Part shown: one piece after another, positions 53,501 through 63,119 of the stretch
Layout of the letters: each line of letters opens with the position of its first letter
Numbering within the stretch: the first letter of the stretch is position 1
DNA from: Epithemia pelagica
Lineage: Eukaryota; Protista; Bacillariophyta
Assembly (NCBI GenBank): GCA_946965045.2
Contig: OX337236.1
Location: forward strand, 1,426,001 to 1,490,000
DNA length: 64,000 nucleotides
Direction of reading: 5' to 3'
Translations under genes and position numbers: made by a program
Notes under the pieces: model-generated
The model's database searches: none
Told to the model about the DNA's origin: nothing
Seen by the model: the letters and a program-made list of their open reading frames with translations, nothing else

Positions 53501-56313
53501 TCAACAGCTGTCACAACATTAGTATTGCAACCAAAAATCTGGCTTGCATGACAATTGTGAATATTGACAAATGCATCATGGTGTTTTCGATTTGCTTCCA
53601 GTGTGAACAATTGTCTGGATTGATCATTGCCTTTCCAATCAAACCACTTTGTTGAATCTTCTGAAAACTTCAACTCTGTTTTTTCACACTCTGCACACGG
53701 AATATGCATACGACACTCGTCTCCTTTCTTGAAACAAGAAATAGCATGTTTTGAGCGATGCAAATTGAGTAATACTGTCAGAACAAAGGTGCCATCAGTT
53801 GTCATTCTCTTGGGATGTAAGATCTGCTGACGCATCAGGAACAATTCCATTGAATTTGTGAGTGGAACATTGAAGGATGAAGCTTGTGCCATTGGGTCAT
53901 TCTGTGGTTGTTGTTCTTGAAAAGCCATGGCTGGGAGAATGTTTTTCAATCTGGAAAGAACAAGAGCTTCACTTGTCATTGCTGTGTTGCAGTTTGCGCA
54001 TCTGACAATTGATTTCCCACCAAGGGATGTTACACCAATCTTTGTTCGCAAATTCCGAATGTCTTGTTTGGAACATGGGTGGAAGGCACGTGAGACACAA
54101 GCATCATTTACACAAGGCGGAATAGTTTCGCCATGCATATGTGTGCTCATGACCTTTGATGCATAGTCAACTAAGAGCTTCGAAAAGTGTTCTCTTGTTG
54201 CCTGATTGGCAAGTCCTTTCAATAACTTTGACCACTTTAACAACCATAAGAGAAAATGATCATGAAGTGTTTTTCTTCCTTGCTCCTCAACTGTATCACA
54301 CCACGCAAGCAAATCACCAAATAAACCTTCATCAATTTTGTTCATTCTCTTTTTCATATCCCAGCCAAGGAGATGCTCAATCGTTATTGCAATCACATTT
54401 TCAAAGTCAATACCACACATTCCCGGGTGAATCTGTCTAATGCGAGCACAGTCAAGGATGAATTCTTGTTGATCCAAAGTTGAAGTTGTAGCTGGGTTAG
54501 GTGGAATTGCTTCACCAACCTTTTTGTTCACCATTACACGCAGTCTGAAATTTACGGCATCTTCTGGTGTAATTGTAAACATCACATTTGGCAAACCAAA
54601 TTTTGCAATCATTGCTAGCATATTTTGTCGTGCTTTTCTGGCAGCTCCTGCAGTGTGTCCCATAGAAGATGCGACAGCTTTCATCTTTCTCAAAAACTGG
54701 TCACTAGGACCTGATCCCTGGGCATTTTCAAGATGGCGCTTGATTGCATCTTGAATCTGTTTGTCAGTGATTGTAGCAAATGATTCTGCTTGTGTATCAC
54801 TGGTTCGCAAATATGAATTTGAGACCATTCTTTGACGCTCAAACATATTGTGCGCGACACATACAAAATCAGCATGGTGAAAAAACTTGCTTGAGTGTCG
54901 CATCAGATGCCCAAAGTAACTCATTCTAACATGGGGATTTCCATCTTTATCATAGGCACCAATCCCATAGGGAAACTGTAAAGGAAATGCCTTCAGAAGA
55001 TTAGAACCTTGTTAGTCTTTCAACAAGGTTTTCGAAGGTCTTGAAATCAATGTTGCATCTTTATTGTCATGGTCTGCCAAAAGACGATCAAGCGTCATTT
55101 GCTTGAAATCATCCTGGGAGGAGAACCCTCCATTTTTCTGCTGAGGTTCATCAGAATCAGGGAAGACCGCCGTGATTTCAAAAACTTGCTCAACATTGGA
55201 CGTTGAGGCAGGTGCGTCATCACTTTTGTCAATGACAATTGGTTTTACAAGATGTTCTGGTGGCAAATCAAAGTCATGGTACAAATGATTGTGTTGTTTC
55301 AACCATTGTAGCGCTTTTTTGACCAAATTCCATCGAACGTTTGTGCGCTGACGAGTCAAAGCTTTCTGTGTAGGTGTGAAAGGACCTGTTAAAACAACAG
55401 CAATTTGAGGCAGAAGAGGCGATTCATTGCTATTAAGTGGCGGTTGATCTGTGTCATCATTTTCATTCATAATGTCGCTGATGCCACTATTATTGTCTTG
55501 AATGTCATTTCCAACATCACTGACATTGTCATCATCACTATCATCCATGTCGTGATCAAAAAGTTCTGTCCATGGAGCAGGAATGTCTTGGCCAGTATGT
55601 TCACTTTGTTGTTCGCCATGATTAGGAAGTGCACTGTCAGCTTGTCCTGTTGCTGACAGACACCAATTTATAACCCCATTGACAGCTTTGAGGTCATTGT
55701 AATACAAGGAGTGCCAACCCTTAATTGATTTATGTGATCCTGCCGTGAATGAAAAAACGTGTTTGTTTGTCCTCGCCGGCGAAATGAGTGCGAGTTCGAC
55801 CTCATTCAGAGTTTGCAAGCAAAGAGGTGTAGGACCAATCATAAAGCCATTGATGATAGCATTTTTGGGAATTTTATCAGGGTCACTATTCCTTTTTTTC
55901 ATGTAAATGATGCAATGGTAACATTCTGAGCAACATCCAAATCCTTCAGATTGTCCCTTTTTGATTGCATAAGAGGACGGTGAAAGAACCAAGCTTTGCA
56001 GCGGACGATACTTTCTGTTGGAATGAGAGGAATTGTAACACGTTTGTGTGTAATGTTTCTTGATCTGTTTCTGGCTCTCTAGTCCGGTACCATCGTGTGA
56101 AAAGTCAAGATTAGACTTCATGAATTTTGGTTTTATTTTCTCATGAAGAATATCATCAATCTTCAGGCATTTCTCTGACCCAACCTTGATGAATTGATCA
56201 CAGACACAACATACTTTTGGGAAAAACAAGTCTCCTTTCTTAGTCAAAAGAGAATCCCGACTTGCCACTGCTCTGGCTATTCTTTTTTGGATCGAGGTGT
56301 CTCTAGCTAACAT
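50503..56313 (-). pseudogene. Helitron-type Rep (HUH)-PIF1 helicase ORF, ~1936 codons, with two in-frame stops (55014-55012 TAA, 50832-50830 TAG)
   Basis: The three track ORFs share one frame. Rep motifs FPLQFPYGIG, FGLPNVMFTITPED, VEEQGRKTLHDH and YMTCYISK; helicase motifs GAGGSGKS, IVDEISF, FAGDFTQLKPV, NHRF, TVHKLQG and YVCLSRV. No endonuclease domain. Confidence 0.93.
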
Positions 56314-56443
56314 TTCTTGGTAATGCAGATCTTGCTGGTTACAACTGGTGACAACTTAGGCCAAATGAGTATTGTGAGAAGAGAAGTCAAAGGTAAGTGA
56401 CACAGTCAGTAGATAGGTCTTCTACCTAACTGTCACGAACCAA

Positions 56444-57311
56444 CTGACAACTACATGTGGTTTCTGTGCTAAGGCAGCTATGCATACTCTTTGGAACATG
56501 TGGTTCGTGTATTAACAAGCTCCAAAATTTTTCTGCGACCTAACTGGCGATACGAGATTCAGAGGAATGTCTACCAACTGCAACTTCCGGTAATGGACTT
56601 AAAACGTAGGTAATCCTTCTACTACTCAGAGTATCCTCACGATATAACATTTTAAATTTTCACACAGTAATACCTCTTATATGATCATACTAGGTATAGA
56701 TTAATTTAATATGAGGAAAACATCCAGAGTCACGGATGTCGGAGGATTTGGTAGATGTCGGATGATGTCGGATGATGTCGGAGGATGTCGGATGATGTCG
56801 GATGATGTCGGATGTTTTTATCGCCAAAAGAATATGCACTCTCCAGCAGATGGGATTCTTCACGAGAAATCACAAGGTTACAAGTCACTGATTGACGGTA
56901 GGCCCATCAACTGAAGGAGCACCGCTGGATTTTGAGGCAAACCATGTTTGCGCGCGAGCCCGAAACGACATCAAACGACATCAAACAACATCAAACAACA
57001 TCAAACGACATACAAACGACATACCAACGACATACCTTTCGACATTCCCGTTTGTTCCATACTAGAGAATGGTAAATCATATTCTATGGTATCATAATAC
57101 GTACTTTGTATTAATATCGATCCTTTGTTTTGGTTTCGTCCGTTGGGTATTGGGAGAGAATATGCGACTCACGTGTAGTTACCGGAAGTTGCTGACCTGC
57201 ATATGGGTTCTGTGCTAACGGAGCTATGCATACTCTCTGTGACATGTGGTTTGTGTATTAGGCTGTGAAATTGTTCTGCGACCAAACTGTTGATCCGAGA
57301 TTCCAAGGAAT
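56444..57311. repeat. Symmetric repeat cassette upstream of RepHel: direct repeat, 14-bp IR, two opposed 10-bp arrays, 14-bp IR, direct repeat
   Basis: DR ~56444-56568 and ~57192-57311; IR GCAACTTCCGGTAA 56580-56593/57179-57192; GATGTCGGAT array 56754-56813; AAACGACATC array 56963-57047. Confidence 0.88.
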
Positions 57312-57529
57312 TAGTTTCATTGGATCACTTTTGAATGATCGCAATATTTCCTTACTTATCATTTGCGCTCAATTCATTCGATTGCATGGAATCTGAACTT
57401 TGTGGCACCACCACCATAGCATTAGGTTAATTTGAATGTGCTGCAGAAAAGAACGAAATGATGTAGGAAGTTGCTGTGTTTGTTCGACTTCTGTTATAGT
57501 TTTGTCGAAACCTTTGCGAAGAAAGCATA

Positions 57530-58018
57530 ATGCCCCGTCATCGTGTAGGTCTCCGTTATCGTGCCGGGTTTTTCCCTCATCCAGGCATGCCTGGTTATCC
57601 GGTACGGACTATCATCGAGGCAGGCTGTGCGTTTAAACCTGTTGATTGTATCGTTTATTTCAGTGAGCATGATTTTTACATCCGTCTGTGTGTCATCCAA
57701 AAGTATTCCAAGGCAATTGATGTGTTGCGATGTATCGCAGAAAGGCTTCGATCACGACTCTGTGATATTCGACTTTGTCAGGAAAATGGTAAACGTATTG
57801 CTATGAAGGCTTACGTCTATGACAACGATGATGATCTCATTGACGGGGTTGTTATGGCAATTGGAATGGTGATTCAGATGAGAATGATGATTCAGATGAG
57901 AATGATGATTCAGAAGAAGAGGAACATGAATACAAGGTTAATGAAGAGAGCGACGAAGGGAGCGACGAGCAAGACGAGGAGGATGATGTGGAATATATGT
58001 TATGAACGAGATATGTAA
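57530..58018 (+). pseudogene. Small cargo ORF whose Asp/Glu-rich tail lies in a shifted frame
   Basis: ~105 ordinary codons; from ~57871 a different frame reads DSDENDDSDENDDSEEEEHE..., including an 18-bp tandem repeat. Confidence 0.4.
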
Positions 58019-58220
58019 GTATCTTGGTTATTTGTAATACCAAGAGAGTAAAACTAATAGTCTATTGATTGTCTAGCGCAAGCACACATACGGTTTGGAC
58101 TCATGTTATAATGGCAGACGCATGGACGCGCAGTCTTAGTATAGTTGCTAGTGTTGTGGAATCGATGAACCAAACGAGAACCATACGTTCTTGTCTCATC
58201 CATGATTTAAAGCTAGTAAC

Positions 58221-59075
58221 GGATCATGGCGGAGTGGGTATTGTCGTGTGACTACTAGGGAATAGCATCCACAGTCTGTTTGGCGGGGTTCGTGGTGGCG
58301 GTTGGTTTGCGATGGCCTCGGCTCCTGGATCGAGAGGAGCTTTCCTCTTACGTACCAGAGGAATTCCCTACTCCGTTTTTGCGTTGCCCCACCGACAATA
58401 CTGATGATATTGACAATGACAAGACTCTGTTTTTTTTAAGAGTGGTGCCAAACCAAGGAAGACATTTCTTGGACGATTTCTGCTTGGCCACTCCTTTCGT
58501 GTCTTTCTCGTGTTGTCGTCTTGGTGAATTGGGGCGGTGTTGGTTTTGGCTTGGAGGATCATGGTGGAGTGGGTATTGTCGTGTGATTACAGCCAATATT
58601 CGTGGTGGCGGTTGGTTTGCAATGGCCCCGGCTGCCGGGTCGAGGGGAGCTTTCCTCTTTTGTATCAGAGGAACCTTTTTGCGTTGCCCCACCGACAATA
58701 CTGTTGATGTTGATAATGGCAAGACTGTGGACGATTGCGAGCATCCTTGGGACGAGGCAACCACTGTGGTAATCGTTGTGGAACCAGTGTGCCTCGTGAC
58801 GACGGACGACCAAAGACGGATTCATCCTCATTGCCATCCATTTAATCAAAGTCCAATTCATCTCAAGCCATCAGTTTCTGGTCCAAGTCCATTCGTTGCT
58901 TGGGAGGTGCATCCAAACTTGCTTGTTTTGTTCTGGTTTCTTTCAAGAGTAGTTCCAAACGACTGGTTGTGGTTCCTGTGGAAGATTGACGAAAAAATTT
59001 CTTGGACGGATTCTGCTTTGCCACTCGTTTCGTATCCTTCTCGTGTTGTCGTCTTGGTGAATTGGGCTGGTGCTA
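58221..59075. repeat. Diverged internal duplications in a decayed low-complexity ORF region
   Basis: ~58221-58430 resembles ~58556-58730; ~58488-58545 resembles ~59020-59075. Confidence 0.8.
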
Positions 59076-59579
59076 CTACTCGTCCTCCTCGTTGGCGTTA
59101 GGATAGGCTTGTACCAAAATGCCAATCCAAATGAGCCAAAATGCGTCCATGCGGTTGGATTCCGTACAAACTCATGAATCGTAGAATGCTTCACGGCCGT
59201 TCCTTCACCGTTGTTCGGTAGGAGTGGATACTTCCGAACTAAAGTTCCGCCTCTGTTGTGCTCACCAAATTTACGATAAAGAGAAGCGCCTCCTTACACG
59301 AACGAAAGAAATGCAACGAACGTTCGCCATGGGAGCACTTTTTGCGCGCCCATGATGTTGGTCGTCGTTGGGTGTTGGGTGTGATCGTTGGCTACGTGAT
59401 TGGGCACTTGCTAAATAGAAGAGAAAAGTAGGGTAGAGTATGAATCAAAAAGACAAAACCGTGTCACCGGCCGGCCCAGTGGAATCAAACATCAGCAGAG
59501 CTCACAGCAAGGACTTCCACTCTACCAGCGGGGATACGTCTATGGCCATGAACCCCAAACATGGCGAATCTTAACTTTG

Positions 59580-59670
59580 TGCTGAAGTGGGGGGAATCGA
59601 ACCCCTGACCTGTTCGATCAAGTGTGGATCTAAGACCCGAACCACTATCTCACCCAAGGTGCACTACACG
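59580..59670 (-). tRNA. tRNA-like sequence (pseudo-tRNA or tRNA-derived); anticodon uncertain, best reading Lys(CTT) with a 12-nt intron
   Basis: Clear B box/T arm AGGTC-AGGGG-TTCGATT-CCCCC; anticodon-like stem TTCGG/TCGAA; acceptor TGTAGTG/CACTTCA pairs 6 of 7; D arm non-canonical. Confidence 0.45.
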
Positions 59671-60627
59671 CTGGGTTTTTTTGTAATATTAAGATCCAAA
59701 GTGCACTAAAATCGTACTCCTACCTAGTTCTTGCTAGTAGGAGCTCTATTGTGCCTAACATAGAGGCACTACCTGCGTGCACCAATTGAAACCTTAACCC
59801 TAATGATACTATTCCATAGTGCTGACCAGCAGTTTTCTCCAACCTGTTGCGGTGTATAACCAACCACCCACATCTGGATGTGGTTCTGGATGTGATGCCG
59901 CATACAAGGCGGCCGAATCATCCAGTCGTTGCATGAAATTGTCGTGGACGTCATCTGGATTGCTCCTGGGAGGAGGAGCATAATCATTGTTGTTGTCGGT
60001 TGATGGGCCCTCGTTTCGTTCACAATCCCTCCAACAAGATGGAGTGCTCTGATTTCCAACGATTGGTATCTCTGTGTTGCTGTGCAGTCGCTCTCTCGAT
60101 CTCTTGGTCGAACAGAAGTCAACCAACCTCTGACTGAGCTATCGACGTCTCTCGTATTCGTGTGCAAAGTCCAACAGCCAACAGCCATCACACAAGATCC
60201 TTGTCTGTCCTTGTTCACGCTTTTCCTGCACCGGCGGTGTCAAAGTTGTTGTCAAACGTCGAACCGCCTCTCTTGCCATAAATCTTTATCTTCCAAGATC
60301 CCACTATTATCATCACCATCATGTTCAAGGCCTTTTTGCTGCACAAAACTCGACCGATGATTGATCCATTCCAAAGCAGAACTGACACAACAAATTTCGT
60401 TTCTCCGAGTTGGCCAAGGGAAACAAACCAGACATGTGCACGGTGCACTTTCCTCATTGTGATCATCCTCGTGCTTACAAACGAGATCATCCCGACAAAA
60501 AGGTGACCAATGGAGTATTTTCTTGTCCAGAAGCCGTCGAAATTTTATTCCTTCTCCCTTTGCCCTCATTGTGCGAGCCATGGTAAATTCTGGGGAAGGG
60601 CGTGATTGGGCTCATTACCAGAGTGCA

Positions 60628-61340
60628 AGATGCTCATATCCATCGACGAGAGTAGTTACGATCGTGTGCGTCTACAGAGCCTGCTTTCATTGGCGGGAAA
60701 GTGATACTCCTATGTGCATCTGAATCTTAGAATGTAGAGAGCCCGCCAACAAGAAAGAGTACTCTGAGACCATAGACAAGAGCCAAAACAAGTAAGAGTA
60801 GTATCGGTCTGTTGAGTCCTAGTTCGAAAGCGGAAGTTCCCTTAATAGAGGAAATTTCTACTCCTATATCCATTTGAATCTTAGCATGTAGAGAGCCCGC
60901 CAACAAGATGGACTTCTCTGATTTCCATACACAAGAGGCAAACAGATGCTCATATCCATCGACGAGAGTAGTTACGATCGTGTGCGTCTGCGGAGCCTGC
61001 TTTCATTGGCGGGAAAGTGATACTCCTATGTGCATCTGAATCTTAGAATGTAGAGAGCCCGCCAACAAGAAAGAGTACTTTGAGACCATAGACAAGAGGG
61101 AAAACAAGTAAGAGTAGTATCGGTCTGTTGAGTCCTAGTTTGAAAGCGGAAGATCCCTTAATAGAGGATTTTTCTACTCCTATATCCATTTGAATCTTAG
61201 CATGTAGAGAGCCCGCCAACAAGATGGAGTTCTCTGATTTCCATACACAAGAGGCAAACCAGTGAGAGTATTGGTCTGTTGAGTGCTGCTTCCAAGGCCA
61301 AACATCCCGTAATAGAGGAAATTTATACTCCCATGTGCAT
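60628..61340. repeat. Higher-order tandem repeat: two near-identical 316-bp units (60628-60943, 60944-61259), each a dimer of ~154/162-bp monomers, plus a partial copy
   Basis: TACTCCTA recurs at 60705, 60859, 61021 and 61175; the block TGAATCTTAG.ATGTAGAGAGCCCGCCAACAAGA recurs four times. Confidence 0.93.
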
Positions 61341-61520
61341 TTGAATTACAAATAGCGATGGGAGTATACCATGAAAACATTTTTCTCGGTTCTTGAACGG
61401 TTCCAATTGGAGAAGTGTTGAGGATCGAGAAAACACGATTTTCTCGATGCAGCCTCATCTCCTCAAGCCAAGTCCAACAATCAACTCATATTTCCTTCCT
61501 CGACAAACAACATCCGCATC

Positions 61521-62328
61521 ATGACTCCACCAGCAAAAAAGGCAAGTTTGATTGTTGCGTCGTTCTATCACTACATGGCATTCATCCATGCTCACCTTTC
61601 TTTTTTCTTCTCCTCACCAGGAAACAATCAAGAAGTTCAAGTTCACGGCAACGAAGAAGAAAGGTGTTGCTCCTTCTCCGAGTAGATCGAAGCCCAGGGT
61701 CTCTGAGATCCATTCGGAACGTTGTGGCCCTAACTCACAGTTTATTGTTGCTTACATGAAGCTCGCAGGGACCAAAACAGAGCGGTCGGGATACATGAAT
61801 CCTGTATTTGATCTGATTAAAGAAAAGGAAAAGTGCCTTTTTGATGAGTTTGATGTGCGAATTCAAAAACTGTATCGTCGTCTCTCACCTGAGAAGGATG
61901 AACCGATGATGAATGGCAACCCGGACAAGTCCGGAACCGAATACCCCTGGCCGTGCGTTGTTGGATTCTGTGACGACGCTGACAATGACACAAAGAAAAA
62001 GACTCTGACCAAAAATTTGTGTAAGACCATTGCCGAGGTGATGGAGAAGAATGACAAAGAAAACGGATACAATCGCACTTACAGCTACAACACTCCTGAC
62101 TTGGATCACACCGGCAATATTCCTCGCCCTTTGGATAATCTGTTTCAAGATGAAGAAGTCAATGCTCTTGTTCAAAACTACTTCGAACTCGGTGATGACA
62201 ATGATCTGTTCACCTATCTTGGTGGCGAAGACGATGGTGTGGCAGACCAGGCTTTTTCGCGTGATGAATACGGCATGTACTCCAGACTCCAGAAGTGCAG
62301 TGAATCGCTGGAAATACCCGACTGGTAG
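61521..62328 (+). CDS. Intact unknown cargo gene (~242 aa); exons 61521-61541 and 61621-62328, GC-AG intron
   Basis: ATG at 61521, donor AAG|GCAAGT, polypyrimidine tract plus CAG at 61620; frame preserved; basic N-terminus and globular-looking remainder. Confidence 0.7.
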
Positions 62329-62976
62329 GCTCCAAGACAACAAAGTCGACGAGAAGGAGTCCGAAGAAACGACCCCTGAGAATTGAGCGATTGTGATATG
62401 TGTACTGAAATACAATATGAGTGCCAATCGAGAGATATAAGGGCTTCTGCTTTTATCGTATACCAATATGCTATTATCAATACCACATGCATCCTGGTCA
62501 GCAGAACGAACGAAGAAAAACAAAATTCATAATATATGCTTTCCTAGTCAATTTATAATTCTTTGTTGCTGTATGATGAGAATATGAATTTAACTCTGCC
62601 GTTGTAGCGATTCATGCCCGTTATCGAACACAGCAATTCTCTCTAACGTCTTGCTACCTGTTCCTACGAGCTTTCAAACAAAAAGTCTTGTTTCAGTCAT
62701 TCCAGAACGGTTGGGCGTCTTACATTACTACTAGAGATTCGTCAAGGGTAAGTCCCCACTCACATTTTACGCGGTTGGAGGTGCACCTCCAAATCATACC
62801 ATGACTGACCATTAAAATATTCATTGCTATATCATTGCCATATATATTTAACCGTTTCATCAACCGCCATGTTTGCTCAATTGTACTTTTTACTCTAGTG
62901 TCCGTCCGTTTTCGGAACAGCTGGTCTTTCTGGAAATTCCCACCCCAGACCCCAAGCCTTCCGGCCCACCCGTCCC

Positions 62977-62998
62977 GTTCATACTGAACTCAGACGAA
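62977..62998 (-). other. Helentron 5' end: subterminal inverted repeat with overlapping hairpin
   Basis: Element strand reads TT-CGT-CTGAGTTCAGTAT-GAAC. Confidence 0.75.
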
Positions 62999-63119
62999 CA
63001 ATCCACCTCGCGCGTCGTTTCTCTTGTAAAGCAGACTGTAAGGCTGAGATTGCTCTATTGTTTATTCTTCTATTCTAAATCTGGGACATGATTCGGGTAT
63101 GCATCAGGTGAGGGCAAGG

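Larger units (their letters stand above)
50404..62998 (-). mobile_element. Helentron/Helitron2 (HLE2)-type rolling-circle transposon, ~12.6 kb
   Basis: RepHel ORF; perfect 13-bp inverted repeat CTGAGTTCAGTAT (50429-50441) / ATACTGAACTCAG (62981-62993); 3' stem-loop 50406-50419 lying 9 nt beyond the 3' copy; 5' copy overlaps a small hairpin GTTCA-TAC-TGAAC; TT flanks on the element strand. Confidence 0.82.

Noticed and set aside
32608-55014. Alternative genetic code (TAA/TAG reassigned) to explain several in-frame stops
   Set aside because: TAA and TAG end many intact genes here (e.g. CDC27 TAA, TrhO fusion TAG), and long ORFs such as POLE contain none internally.
58280-59101. 273-aa + strand ORF
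   Set aside because: Composition looks like the antisense shadow of the duplicated low-complexity - strand sequence.
59616-59632. GATCAAGTGT resemblance to U2 snRNA
   Set aside because: The branch-point pairing sequence GTAGTA and the rest of U2 are absent; short chance match.
60628-61340. CRISPR-like array
   Set aside because: The intervening segments are themselves repeated and ~120 bp long, the context is eukaryotic, and no cas genes are present.
50308-62760. 10-bp inverted repeat AGTGGGGACT (50308-50317) / AGTCCCCACT (62751-62760) as element ends
   Set aside because: Shorter than the 13-bp pair, does not extend cleanly, and is not positioned next to the stem-loop.
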